A DNA stretch of 59,388 nucleotides, filler included, from Squatina squatina (lineage: Eukaryota): assembly GCA_031763465.1 (NCBI GenBank). It is 3 parts of 3 records of this genome, joined end to end, with 100 filler letters (N's around TTAATTAATTAA, not from the genome) between each part and the next. Parts side by side here need not be neighbours in the genome. Positions count along the whole stretch, not along the records: positions 21,078 to 40,124 come from JARFOE010000016.1; positions 40,225 to 59,388 come from JARFOE010000046.1; 1 more part is not named here. The stretch is one strand, 5' to 3'. The notes under the pieces are model-generated. The model saw only the letters and a list, made by a program, of their open reading frames with translations. It had not been told where the DNA came from and ran no database searches. Below, one piece after another: positions 37,847 through 51,358 of this stretch (the first letter of the stretch is position 1; the number at the start of each line of letters is the position of its first letter). Both the position numbers and the translations under genes were made by a program.

Positions 37847-40124
37847 NNNNNNNNNNNNNNNNNNNNNNNNNNNNNNNNNNNNNNNNNNNNNNNNNNNNNN
37901 NNNNNNNNNNNNNNNNNNNNNNNNNNNNNNNNNNNNNNNNNNNNNNACTACAAATAAAGCAATGTTTGGTGTGAGTCTCTGATTTTTGCCTTTCCCCTCC
38001 CTATAAGCAAAGAAATTATACAATATAAATGTATTTAATTGTCTCCATGTTTCAGTTTGTTCTTTCTAAAAAAAAATAGCAACTGTGATTCAGTCAGACT
38101 TAATTGTTGCTACAGTGGAAATATAAAATAGAGATATTTCTTTCAATAATCCATCCCAATTTTGTTAAAAAAGTATTGACGGTAAGAGCTGCCAAATAGA
38201 CAGGGCCCAATACGATGTATCACTCTCTTAAAACCTCCATAAAAAGTGAAGCATTTCATGTGCCACCTAATACCAGCATTCGCTACACTAGAGGAGACAG
38301 ACTGCCTCCACATATAGTATGTGTTTTGGGAATGTGGTATTTATTTCCACAATGAAAGCTGACTGTACAATTCATCTTTGTTAAAGTTAAAATTGAACTA
38401 TTTGAATGCAGTAGAAATTTTGCACATTAATGAAAGGACGCACGTGCAAAGCTCTGTTTTTCCTGGTAAGAGTTTAATGCTGAGCCAGCAGTATAACTCG
38501 AGTCCCATGTTACTTTAAGAAGGTCTCACATTGAGGTCTGTAATATAACTGCACCCACATGTGCCAATATCAGTTTTGCAGTTTCAGTATTTCGGATTGC
38601 CTAATGTGTCGAAAATACTATTGTCAGATGTAAGCACGAAGGCAAGATCAATCCTTTCTTTTTTGCCTTGATTTTTAAAATATGTTAGGCGTCACTCAAA
38701 TATGGAAAACAAATAAACACTGCAATATATAAGGCAGATAGNNNNNNNNNNNNNNNNNNNNNNNNNNNNNNNNNNNNNNNNNNNNNNNNNNNNNNNNNNN
38801 NNNNNNNNNNNNNNNNNNNNNNNNNNNNNNNNNNNNNNNNNGATGCTCTACTCAAGGACGTTGTCATTGTATACAATTTACTGTAGCTGCATAACTGCAC
38901 AGAGAACTCATTTTTTTATTAACCAGTACCAAGTGTTCTCAGTGAAAATAGCTGTCAACAAAATGGGCCTTACCACAGTTCTATTGCATATCTAAACAGG
39001 AAACATTTTCCTTCTTTGAATTTCCATGTGTTGTGCAAGCCTAATTGTAATTACATATGCGTTAGTGAATACCCTGGCTCTCCTAGGACTTCCTCATCTG
39101 TTTCCAACATTCAGGAGAGAATGCAATAGTTTAGGGTTGGCTTAACAGCTTAACTCTTGGCCTACCAGCTACAGATGTAATCAAGCACAAGGAATCGGTT
39201 AAATAGCAATTGATTATACCTTTACCTTGAAAAGGATGCTCTTCTGATGCTGGATCTCAGCAAACCCTTCAAGGTTTGTAAAATATTTGCAGAATGCTGT
39301 ATCTTGTACACTATTCACAGGAGGACCGAGCACCTTGGAGGACAAGAAGCTGCCAACCCATTGATACAAATTAAGAACTTACTCCATCCCCAGCACTGAG
39401 GGACAGTTTAATACCAGTTTCTCTGGTTTTAAAAAGTTGCGAAAGCTCTCAATTAATAGTTATATAAATCAACTCTGAAAGTAATCTGACTTTACTAATA
39501 AAGACCATACATAAAAATATTCAGATGGTATAAATGTTTTTAAAATTTCCTATTAATAGTAAAATTGCTGAAAGCCTGGTGGTCTTTGACTTTCGACTGC
39601 CCCAAAATAATTTGATCGACTAAGATGAAAGAAAAAAAGAGGTGCTGATTCTTCCACTGTTTTTCTGATAGATCTTGCCTCAACTCATCCCTCTTCAGCT
39701 ATACATATGGTGAAATTGAGTTCTCTACAACTGAAGTAGCCAAAAGTGAGTTTAGGTTTCCAGCTAGCTAAGACTATTAAAGAGGCATTAAAGAACGGAA
39801 TTTACAGCTTATCGCTACAATTACTTGAGTTCCAAAACAAGATTTGGGAAGTAAAATCTTTTACAAAGTAATTTGTACTTATTTTAGAAAAATGCAAATA
39901 AAATGAACAAATTTAGACAAAAAAAGTTAGAATATGTAAGAACCTGTACTAAGTTATCTATTTTGACAGGATTGTATGCCTTGATTTATTCTTTTTTCTG
40001 AGCCACAGCATGAAGTACTGAAAGGATTCTTTGAACTTCTAAGAATATTATCCTTTCTTGCTTTGTTCAGACTAGATCTACAATACTAGATCCAGTTTTG
40101 GCCCCCTGCCTTGGTGGGGGATAT

Positions 40125-40224
40125 NNNNNNNNNNNNNNNNNNNNNNNNNNNNNNNNNNNNNNNNNNNNTTAATTAATTAANNNNNNNNNNNNNNNNNNNN
40201 NNNNNNNNNNNNNNNNNNNNNNNN
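40125..40224. other. Artificial scaffold-joining spacer (44 N + TTAATTAATTAA + 44 N)
   Basis: TTAATTAATTAA at 40169-40180; same layout as 20978-21077. Confidence 0.95.
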
Positions 40225-43200
40225 TATTTACAACATCCAACTTCTCCGGGGCTCTGCTACTTAAAAAATAGTTTACCGTGGAACCTGCAGTTTCTTTCTA
40301 TTCTGTTATATTATTTCTATGAGTGGAAAAGTCATTTATAAATAATGACACAATGTTTTTGGTCCCGGGGCGAGTCCAATATATCAAAGCGATTAGCAGG
40401 TGTATTGTTCTTTTCTTCAGCCTGTCTCCTTTCAGTCTTACTCTTCGTGTCGTCTATCCAAACCTCTTTCTAAACCCATTGTTTCCTCTATTCTTTCTGC
40501 TTGTTACAGTCCAATGACATTATTTTTTTTCTTTAGTTCAAGCACTCGCAGCGTGAAGGGGGCTCCTGCTTCCACAGTGTGTAGGCTTTTATTGTACACG
40601 TTCACATTCGCTTTCAGCGCGGCTTTAGACATTAGGGGAGCTGCTCGGGATCAAAACCAGTTTTTGAACCCGATTATTATTATGCTAAGTTATGGGAGAA
40701 AATGCACTTCCTTTACGAGCAGGATANNNNNNNNNNNNNNNNNNNNNNNNNNNNNNNNNNNNNNNNNNNNNNNNNNNNNNNNNNNNNNNNNNNNNNNNNN
40801 NNNNNNNNNNNNNNNNNNNNNNNNNNNNNNNNNNNNNNNNNNNNNNNNNNNNNNNNNNNNNNNNNNNNNNNNNNNNNNNNNNNNNNNNNNNNNNNNNNNN
40901 NNNNNNNNNNNNNNNNNNNNNNNNNNNNNNNNNNNNNNNNNNNNNNNNNNNNNNNNNNNNNNNNNNNNNNNNNNNNNNNNNNNNNNNNNNNNNNNNNNNN
41001 NNNNNNNNNNNNNNNNNNNNNNNNNNNNNNNNNNNNNNNNNNNNNNNNNNNNNNNNNNNNNNNNNNNNNNNNNNNNNNNNNNNNNNNNNNNNNNNNNNNN
41101 NNNNNNNNNNNNNNNNNNNNNNNNNNNNNNNNNNNNNNNNNNNNNNNNNNNNNNNNNNNNNNNNNNNNNNNNNNNNNNNNNNNNNNNNNNNNNNNNNNNN
41201 NNNNNNNNNNNNNNNNNNNNNNNNNNNNNNNNNNNNNNNNNNNNNNNNNNNNNNNNNNNNNNNNNNNNNNNNNNNNNNNNNNNNNNNNNNNNNNNNNNNN
41301 NNNNNNNNNNNNNNNNNNNNNNNNNNNNNNNNNNNNNNNNNNNNNNNNNNNNNNNNNNNNNNNNNNNNNNNNNNNNNNNNNNNNNNNNNNNNNNNNNNNN
41401 NNNNNNNNNNNNNNNNNNNNNNNNNNNNNNNNNNNNNNNNNNNNNNNNNNNNNNNNNNNNNNNNNNNNNNNNNNNNNNNNNNNNNNNNNNNNNNNNNNNN
41501 NNNNNNNNNNNNNNNNNNNNNNNNNNNNNNNNNNNNNNNNNNNNNNNNNNNNNNGCAGTGTCTGCGAGCTGCGCGGACTTTCAGTTTTCGGCAGATCGGA
41601 TTTTCTAATCGATTATTATTGGCAAATCTTATCAATTCCACAGAGCACAGGGAAAATGGTGCATTCGATTCAAGTCTTAATATAATTCATCAAATTATAA
41701 AATGATGACCATCCTGTTGGTTTTACTGGTAGAGAAATTGCTGCAATTATTGATTAAACTAATGAAATATTCTGCATACTCATTAACGTTTGGGATTAAT
41801 GTACATCACAAATACAGTTTTTAAAGCTCCATATCACACATCGCTTTGTTTTTGAATTTGTTGGAAATTAAGATTTAGGAAAATACGTGTTTTTGGATAG
41901 ATAGTAAGTAATGCGCCGGCGAACTTGGGTCAAAGTTTATTACCACTGGGGTAAATTGGTAAAATGTGGAGATCTTAACTCTTCCTCATCCCGACCATAG
42001 TCTCGTTACAAAGGGATTATTCAACCCGCAGGACACATTTGTGGATTCAAAGACTGGCCCCATTTAAAGAAAATCGCTGCACGCACACATACAAAATACA
42101 GAAACACACAAACAGGTATATCGAGAGACTAACACAGACGCGTGCAGACAAAACAAACATACACAGACACAGGAAACACAAATTCATCGGCACACCAGTA
42201 TAGCAACAGACAGACAATCACACGGACAAATATGCCCCAACATTCACACAGACGCGCAGAGCTGCACATACACTTGTCAGACACAAAAAAATGGTCCTGC
42301 AGACTAAGAGCTCACACTCAGCCACAAACTCAGTGAAGCTTTTAATGGGGTCTGTCTATGAGGCCATGGCCAAACTGGAGAAATTTACATGGCAGGTGCT
42401 TGATTCTTGTCACTCCATTTCTTAAAGGAACTTTAATAAGGGATAAATGAGCAGGAATTAAAACAACTGACGCTGGAATAAAAGAACTGCTCAGTCTTAT
42501 CACAGCCTTCACTATAACCGACGTTCAAGTCTACTCCAACCCTTTTGAAACTCCATGAAAGACGCATGCAAGTTTAACCGATTTGATTTTAAAATTTAAT
42601 TTTGGAGTACGCACTNNNNNNNNNNNNNNNNNNNNNNNNNNNNNNNNNNNNNNNNNNNNNNNNNNNNNNNNNNNNNNNNNNNNNNNNNNNNNNNNNNNNN
42701 NNNNNNNNNNNNNNNTGCTTGTTCTGCTTCTTCTTTCTGAGGCAGCTGCACAGCCAGCAATGCTGAGAATGAGGTGCTGCAGCATCAATGAACCTCCCCT
42801 TTAAGCAGCGAAAAAAGTTTGTGGCAATCATGCACCGGATATTGGTCTACTCTTTGAGTGTAACACTAATGAGCTTGGGCTTTAAGACTTGAATTCGGAC
42901 TCCAATCATTTTATTGAGCAGTGAGAACGAATTTTGCATGCTGCCTAAAGCATTTGCGCCTGGTGCTAATTCTCCAGCTTCTCTACATTCCTTGGCTATA
43001 AAGAATTTCTAGCCTGTAGTCTGTAAGCTTCATATGACTTCACCAACCGCAAGGAAGACATTCTTGTGGTATGAATGAAATTGGCCATCAGCAACAGAAA
43101 ATGCGATATCAAAATCACTCTATTAAACATGATAAATAATACCACATGTTTCTCAGTGAATTCAAGACAGCTACCTGATCTTAATGTTTGCATAACATAG

Positions 43201-44288
43201 AAGCACTCCAATTTTGTTCTGGTGGTTTATGTTGGCATATGAATCCCTTATTTTGATTTCTGCTTAAAAACTTACAGACCAGGATCCAATATCTTCAACG
43301 GTATACAAAAATGTCCAATGTATTGAATTAGGGTTAAATACAGAGAACTCTGGGCTCATAATAGATAGACTGCACATGTTCTTTGCTAAAGGCAAATTCT
43401 TTAGAAACTACCAAGATCAAGGACATAAATGATGTACAGTAATATGTAGGAGTATTAAATGTTTTGCAACATTACATATTTGGTTTCCAAGTATTAATGT
43501 TGGATTTAAATCAAACATGTAATATACTTAACAGTGAGGGAGTTACAGATGACTCTGTAATGGAAGATTTTTCAGGTTATCCGACAGTGATTAATATGTT
43601 CTGGAGATGTTTAATTCACATTGCCAGCCAAACAAGGGAGGTGAAGTCACAGCAATGAAGTTTCATGACACATATCTGCTTAAGAAGGAAGAGATTGAAA
43701 GATGTAGGCTAAGTACAGATATGGGTAGTCAAATAAATATGGAGTGAGATAGTTGCAGTCTTGTTGAAAGATGGGAATTTCATCTGTCGAATGCAACTCT
43801 TCACAGTTGAATGATGTGGATTGGAATGTTACATTGATACACAGGAGGTTTTTTTTATCATCTTCAGGGGTTCTGTGAGAAATTTCAAAGTTTTAGATTT
43901 GTTTTGCCTGTGGTTATGCACTTCTTTCGGCAGATCAAGTTGTTATGTAGGCTCCACAATGGTGCAAATTACGTAAGGTCGAGGGAGTGAGGCTGATAGG
44001 CTGAATTTTTCATTCTATACATTGGCCCTGAAATTGCGATCGGAGGCTTCATGCGTGCTAATGCCTCCGATCGCAAACAAATTTACGTACTTACCTAAGG
44101 GTCCTCGATCCATGTGACCTTGCGAGTTTGAGCCCCCCGAGTTGGAGTTTTGTAGCAGGGCTCTGTGGAGTCCTGGGCACGTTGAGCGNNNNNNNNNNNN
44201 NNNNNNNNNNNNNNNNNNNNNNNNNNNNNNNNNNNNNNNNNNNNNNNNNNNNNNNNNNNNNNNNNNNNNNNNNNNNNNNNNNNNNNNN

Positions 44289-44470
44289 TGAGGTGACTAG
44301 CAGCGATGCGTTTAAGGGGAAGCTAGATAACAACATGAAGGAGAAAGGAATAGAAGGATAAATTAATGGGGTTAGATGAAGAAGGGTGGGAGGAAGATTA
44401 TGTGGAGTGTAAACACTGGCATAGACCTGTTTGGCCGAATGGCCTGTTTCTGTGCTGTAACTACTATGTG
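44289..44470 (+). mobile_element. CR1 3' end
   Basis: EVTSSDAFKGKLDNNMKEKGIEG followed by the tail ggccgaatggcctgtttctgtgctgtaa. Confidence 0.8.
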
Positions 44471-47400
44471 ATACTACGTACTTATTCAGGAAAATCTTTT
44501 ACATTTGTGTGAAAGTTTCCAATTCCATTGTGTTTTTTTTAAGAATGAGAACATTACACCATACATAACCAATGTGTGGTCAGTTCAGATTGCTAACAAG
44601 TCATCCTGCATCTTCCATTTATAATACAAATGTTAACTTTCTACCACAACACGCCCCCTTTCTACACAATTGTAACAGACATGAGCAAAGGTGCACATTC
44701 CAACATTATTCATTTTCACAATGCTAACACTCCAATTTTCTTAAATTGGTACAAGCATTCAAACAATTCAAGTTACAGCAGCAGAGCAGGACTAACTCTC
44801 AGGAAATTCAGAATTTATCAAAATGTTAAGAATTTATTTAATGGGTTTGAAATCCATTTTTCAGTCCAACAGCGTAGCAATAAAGCATTTTCTGCCTTTT
44901 TTCTGACATTGTACATAGGACACAGTTGTTTCATATGTAACCTGTTCGCCAGCACACACCTAATAATAGGTTTGAACAAAAAGCCTTCGGGATGGAGGCG
45001 ACCTATATTTACATATGCACTGATAATTTTTTCCAACTTGTCGAAACTGTCAGAGTTTCACAGACTGAATCATTCAGTTAACGATGAGGACTGATCAAGA
45101 CAATCGCTTAGGGTTTACTTTGGGTGCTCTGGCAGGAGATCAGTGAAACCCCCTGAGAAATGGTGCAAATGTTTAAAAAGTGGCTGTTGATGCAATTTCT
45201 CCAGGGTTTCCACCCATCTTCTGCTAATGTTATAGTGGGGGATCGGGAGAAGCCTGTGGAAATACTACCCTAGCGAACAGTCAAAAAACACATTTGGGGT
45301 TGATTAAACACCCTGCAGAAACAGCAGGAGTTAGTTTGTTTCTGATCTGCCCAGCGGCAGCATGAGGCCATTGCGACTTTAATTACTGAATGTCATTACC
45401 GGAATGGCTGCAGGCCTCTGGAAAATTGCGCANNNNNNNNNNNNNNNNNNNNNNNNNNNNNNNNNNNNNNNNNNNNNNNNNNNNNNNNNNNNNNNNNNNN
45501 NNNNNNNNNNNNNNNNNNNNNNNNNNNNNNNNNNNNNNNNNNNNNNNNNNNNNNNNNNNNNNNNNNNNNNNNNNNNNNNNNNNNNNNNNNNNNNNNNNNN
45601 NNNNNNNNNNNNNNNNNNNNNNNNNNNNNNNNNNNNNNNNNNNNNNNNNNNNNNNNNNNNNNNNNNNNNNNNNNNNNNNNNNNNNNNNNNNNNNNNNNNN
45701 NNNNNNNNNNNNNNNNNNNNNNNNNNNNNNNNNNNNNNNNNNNNNNNNNNNNNNNNNNNNNNNNNNNNNNNNNNNNNNNNNNNNNNNNNNNNNNNNNNNN
45801 NNNNNNNNNNNNNNNNNNNNNNNNNNNNNNNNNNNNNNNNNNNNNNNNNNNNNNNNNNNNNNNNNNNNNNNNNNNNNNNNNNNNNNNNNNNNNNNNNNNN
45901 NNNNNNNNNNNNNNNNNNNNNNNNNNNNNNNNNNNNNNNNNNNNNNNNNNNNNNNNNNNNNNNNNNNNNNNNNNNNNNNNNNNNNNNNNNNNNNNNNNNN
46001 NNNNNNNNNAGTCTCAAGTTGATGTTGTTCAGGGGAAAAATAGGATATCAGCACTGCTGCTAGGTGCTGATAAACATGTTACTAAAACATCCATCTCACA
46101 GCTGCAATTTCAGCTGTCAAAAAAATTACTTACTTTTTTCAAATATCCTTCACTGAACAATCATCAGCATGAAAAATGAAATGACACAGGTTTACATGCA
46201 CATAATATACTTTGGTAATTGCGCAAGTGATGTAGCCCCAGTCCAAACTCACCAAATTAATTGCCTATTTCCATCTGTCAGTTTGGAGGGATTTTCAACA
46301 CATTAAGCTCTTAAAACCTCCTGTGAGAGTTTAGCATATGCTAATTTGCTTACTTCCTAGTTCCTTAATTGGATAATAAAATGGATCAGCAGAAAAATGG
46401 CAACACCACACACAATGGCCCAGAATTTGCAGTGGGTAATGAAGGTGAAGTATTAGCATTTGCCGCCATTACCCCTTTGAAACTGACCACAACTTCAGGA
46501 TATAACGCATGTCCATCTAAACACGGAAATCCTGAAGTTGCAGTCATTGCTTCGAAACAGGCTGCGCTGTGGAAGCTCCCTCCCCTCCACGCCCACCCCC
46601 GCAGTAGGCAATCAGTTAAATCAGTGAACCAAATAGAAACATGGGGGGCCCAATTGGACAGTTGGCGTAGGCGCAGAATGAGCACCAAATGGGTNNNNNN
46701 NNNNNNNNNNNNNNNNNNNNNNNNNNNNNNNNNNNNNNNNNNNNNNNNNNNNNNNNNNNNNNNNNNNNNNNNNNNNNNNNNNNNNNNNNNNNNNTTAAAG
46801 ACAACATATAAATACAAGTTGTTGTTGTTGTTGAAGTAATCATATAAAATCAAAGACTATCTATCTAACCTAACAATCTACTTTATTCAACTTCAACATT
46901 TGCTTTCCATAGGTGACACTGCCATGGTCCCAGCATCTAAGAAACTATGCAGTGTTTGATCATCTCAGAATGCTACTTTTCACAACTTACTGCTGAACAA
47001 TATTACCCTTACTTTCTTAAATAACTCTTTTTCATGTATGTTAAAAAAGGATAATATAGTTAAAACTATCTATCAAGGCTGTGGCACACCACAGAGTTCA
47101 GAAGATATCTATAGAGTGCTTCAGCTTTATTCTCACACCTCATTCTATAATTTTTTGGTATTCCATACATTACAGCCCTTATAATACCATATTTGAAAAG
47201 ATACTGGAAGTAAACATACATTCATTAGCATCTGCGGAGGAGTTAGCAAACTAGGATTACTTTCCATTACCAGTTACACTGAAGTGGAGCAGGATGGAAG
47301 CATTATTTTCACATCCGTGTCCACTAACTGCAACTGTTATTTAGCATTTTAATACTTGACTGTTAAATACCCTGAGGGTATTCAGTAAATCAATAAAGGA

Positions 47401-47962
47401 TATCACTGAAAGTGTGCCATGTGAATATTTAGATTCTCTGACTGTGTTTTGGTTTATCCTCTTTCAAATAAACAAAATCTTCAGCTTTTTCAAAATTACT
47501 GATGTACTTTGCTCGACATTTGTGCTTTTCTATCAGAACCAGCTGGTGCTGGAACCAATTTAGTCCTGTGAATTTCTAATCTCAATGCGCCAGCTTCCAT
47601 ATTAAGCTTTTGCAATGGCAGAGTGCATGAAATGGGTTTTATAATAGGGGTTTCTATGTCATGGAAGATTTTTTGAACTGCCTGTTAGCAGTTGATGTTG
47701 AAATGAAGCCACAGCAGTAGTGATACAGTTCCATTGGAAAGAAAAAAGGAAAGAAACACTTTTGTGTACAAAGTGTCTTATTATGATGAAATGGCTCAAG
47801 CATTTCATTCATTTGATTATTTTTGGAGTGCAATGATTGTTATGTACAACAACAATTAGGTAGTCAGAATATTCAACAAGAAAATATTCAACAGTGTGTG
47901 ACCATCCAACGGTCTTCTGAAGTTAAGCCAAGTATATATTTTTCTATTTCAAATAATTTCAA

Positions 47963-48445
47963 AGTCTGCCGCCATATCCTAACCTGCACCAAGCCCCGCT
48001 TACCCATCACACCTGTGCTCGCTGACATACATTGGCACCCGGTTCACCGATGATTAAAATTTAACATTCTTACCCTCATGTTCAAATCCCCTCCATAACC
48101 TCACTCTTCCTTATCTCTGTAACCTCCTCCAGTTCTATAACCCTCAGAGAACTCTACATTCCTTCAACTCTGGCCTCTTTCTGCATCTCTTTTGGCCCAC
48201 CTTTTGGCAGCCATGCCTTTTGGCCATCTAAGCTCTACCCTCTGGAATTCCCTTCCTAAACTTCCTCCTGTCTCTCTTTCTGTAAGATCCTTCTTAAAAC
48301 CCACCACTTTGGCCAAGCCTTTGGTCATCAGCCTGACCATCTGCTTCTTTGGTTTGACTGATTTTTTTTTCTTATTTATACTTCTATGAAGCACCTTGGA
48401 ATGTTTTCCTTTGTTAAAAGCACTATATAAATGCATGCTGCTGCT
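47963..48445 (+). mobile_element. L2 LINE 3' end
   Basis: PITPVLADIHWHPV and STLWNSLP motifs; tail gcactatataaatgcatgctgctg. Confidence 0.82.
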
Positions 48446-48687
48446 GAATTAAATTTTAGTATCTATATTTTTGTATTGGGTTGTAGAACAGATTATTGTA
48501 ATAGTAACTAGCAAATTTTCCACTTTTTTATTTTTGTTTTGCAAAGGTATATTTTAAAGCAGCTCAGCAGTGGAACATTTAAGATGTGNNNNNNNNNNNN
48601 NNNNNNNNNNNNNNNNNNNNNNNNNNNNNNNNNNNNNNNNNNNNNNNNNNNNNNNNNNNNNNNNNNNNNNNNNNNNNNNNNNNNNNN

Positions 48688-49140
48688 NGTGCTATCCACG
48701 ACGTCCGCAGCATCGCGGATGCTCAATGTATATACATTTGAAGCTCTAGCGCCGCAATGCGGTCTGCCAGTAGCTGCAGCTGGATACACTTCCTGCACAC
48801 ATGGTTTGTCCCTGATTTCCCACATAGCGCAGGAGGAGCATTCCACGGGGCTGAGCTGTGCTGCCATGTCTTTCCCTTTGATTATCTTAAATTTAATTAA
48901 ATCAAATCAAAGCCCACTAATTACACTACCTTTAAATGGTATTAATTACTCAAGGGCCCTTGTTTACTAGCACACCTCACTACGCAATAGAGATCTTTTA
49001 GAAACTATAAGACACAAAATAAAGACCTTCTAAACCTTATAAACTGTCAAGCTATAGATTAGTATAAATACTCACCTGACCATGCTCACCCAATCAGCTG
49101 CTTCCTTCTTGCCCGCGCCACTTTTTGAATCGTGACTGGT
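48688..49140 (-). mobile_element. CR1 LINE 5' UTR and ORF1 N-terminus (zinc finger + coiled coil), frameshifted
   Basis: ATG at 48867: MAAQLSPVECSSCAMWE, then in another frame HVCRKCIQLQLLADRIAALELQ. Confidence 0.82.
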
Positions 49141-49434
49141 TTCTGTGATAGGGGTGAGCATCTGCCCCTCCTCCACTCATTACATCTGGGTCTGAGGCCT
49201 CTCTGCAGGCCCTGCACTCTTTGTACNNNNNNNNNNNNNNNNNNNNNNNNNNNNNNNNNNNNNNNNNNNNNNNNNNNNNNNNNNNNNNNNNNNNNNNNNN
49301 NNNNNNNNNNNNNNNNNNNNNNNNNNCAGGCGGAGGAGGCTGGATGGGGACTAGTTGGGTCTCTGTTCAAAGAAGAAGCGGAGCGCCCTCGGGTCGTCCT
49401 GCTGGAGGACAGAAGTGTAGAGGGATTGGGCGTC

Positions 49435-49632
49435 CATGGTGAAAAGGCAATTGATAATAGATCAATTGTTAATTTTAAATCTAAGATCGATAGATTTATG
49501 TTAACCAATGGCATTAAGGGATATGGGCCAAAGACGGGTATATGGATTTTGGCTGGAAATCAGCCATGATCTCATTGAATGGTGGAACAGGCTCGAGGGA
49601 CTGTGCGGCCTACTCCTGTTATTATGTTCCGA
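49435..49632 (+). mobile_element. CR1 3' end
   Basis: SIVNFKSKIDRFMLTNGIKGYG followed by tail atcagccatgatctcattgaatggtggaacaggctcgaggg...cctactcctg. Confidence 0.82.
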
Positions 49633-49644
49633 TGTTTTGGTGTT

Positions 49645-49722
49645 GCTAAATAGGATATTCTTCATCCTCTTTACTTCCTCAACTAAAACCTCCAGGGCAT
49701 CATCGGAGAGTCTTGGCACTCT
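49645..49722 (-). mobile_element. Harbinger Myb-like ORF N-terminal fragment
   Basis: PRLSDDALEVLVEEVKRMKNILF, the same motif as 55085-55160; short. Confidence 0.5.
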
Positions 49723-50389
49723 CCCAAATCAATATTTTTTGCCTTCCAGTCGAGAAGAAGACTTCAGTTGAGCTAAGAGGTGCAGGCCATCTGGAACTGA
49801 TTTCCGGACATCTAAAATCCCCTCCCCAACAGCCAAACTGTGCAGTTACCAACACTATTCACACTGACCGCTCGCCCATCAAATTTAAACCACTCCACCC
49901 ACAATGTACCCATTTTTTCCCCGTGTTGCTAGAGAATTTGAAATGGACAAGTTAGATATAAAAATGTTTTAGATAACAATTTTCACTGCAGAGTTTGTGC
50001 AAATTTGTCTTTCTACCATGATTTTTTAATTATAGTGCTCCCAACTGTATTATAGTCTAAACTGTTGCCATATCACATTTTTTATGATCTCCTAAAGGGA
50101 ATAATGTAAGGATGTAAAATGGAAAAGGTAATTTCAGTGACCAAATTTGGAAATGTAACTGAGTACGAATGTTGAAAATTAAAGGAAAAAATTGAATACT
50201 TTCAAGTTGTCAAATTTTATAATTTTAAAACTTTCTTCTTCTCCACCCCAATTCAGAAATGGGCGGAGTTACACATTCGGACTCTTGAATGCCACCAGTG
50301 TCTGTGCCTGAAAGCCATCCAACTATTCACTGGCTTCAAATCAAAGTTCCATGGGAATGAAAGAAGAGCTTCAGCATGAAGGAGCGAGG

Positions 50390-50720
50390 AGCAATGCAAA
50401 GATATGCAAATGCCATGTGACTGCACTGATACTGTCTGAATGAGTTGGAAAGTTTACATTATGCAAATAGTCCCGATGCACAACAAAAGTGGAGTTGTAG
50501 TCCCCAGGATCAAAACACAGTTTTGCTTTTCACTGCCATGCCTTGTCGGTTCCTAGGGAGTCAGACATTTTCGCGTAAGTATGCTAACAAGAAACAGCAA
50601 ATACTTTGCTGGAGACTACTCATTCTAATTTGCTCCAGCCTCTTTGCTACAATGTTTGAATAAAAGGAGCACTGAACTCCTTATGGACAATGTGGTAGGC
50701 AGATTGATTAAATCTAATCA
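50390..50720. promoter_or_regulatory. Candidate POU/SOX enhancer
   Basis: Perfect octamers ATGCAAAT at 50404-50411 and 50461-50468; SOX-type AACAAAAG at 50482-50489 and ACAATG twice near 50650-50692. Confidence 0.35.
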
Positions 50721-50967
50721 TTGCTTGCTCGGGTTCTGGGTGTTTAACATTCCACTTTTAAAAAATGACAGAATTAAATGGTCTCTGAGAGTTATAGTGA
50801 CCAGTGAGATACAGCTATGCAATTTCAAACACAAAACTTACATTTGTCTAAATTTTCTTTAAGGAAAGAGAATATATGCATATATTTTGGGAAGTCACTG
50901 TGCAGTTTGGTCATACTTACAGGAGAATAGATTGCTTCATTTAGGGCTGTTGGTATGGTTGTGCACA

Positions 50968-51358
50968 TTTTTTTTAAATTCATTCACAGAATGTGGGCAT
51001 CGCCAGCAAGGCCAGCATTTATTGCCCATCCCTAATTGCCCTTGAACTGAGTGGCTTGCTGGGCCATCTCAGAGAGCAGTTAAGAACCAACCACCTTGCT
51101 GTGGGGTCTGGAGTCACTTATAGGTCAGACTGGAAAAGGACACCAGATTTCCTTCCATAAAGGGCATTAGTAAACCAGATGGTTACAACAATCCAGTAGT
51201 TTCACATGATTACTGTTATAAGCTTTTTTTTAAAATTCCAGATTTATCAAACTGTATTCTCCAGCTGCTGTGGTGGGGTTTGAAATCATATCTGTGGATC
51301 ATTAGTTGAGGCTTCTGGATTAGTAGTCCAGTAACATAACCACTAAACTACTGCACCC
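50968..51358 (-). mobile_element. tRNA-derived SINE with LINE-derived tail
   Basis: Minus-strand head gggtgcagtagtttagtggttatgttactggactactaatccaga...tttcaaacccc; its last ~65 nt match the LINE tail at 34627-34692. Confidence 0.75.

Noticed and set aside
42716-42804. Signal-peptide-like LVLLLLSEAAAQ
   Set aside because: Start is in a gap, it stops after ~29 codons, and there is no donor site or recognisable homology.
44630-45094. 154-aa gap-free ORF and overlapping minus-strand ORF
   Set aside because: No recognisable motif or splice structure; consistent with chance.
26739-46063. Long ORFs in the track (e.g. 40400-41608, 29971-30837, 26743-27561, 45383-46054)
   Set aside because: They are open only because they run through N gaps.
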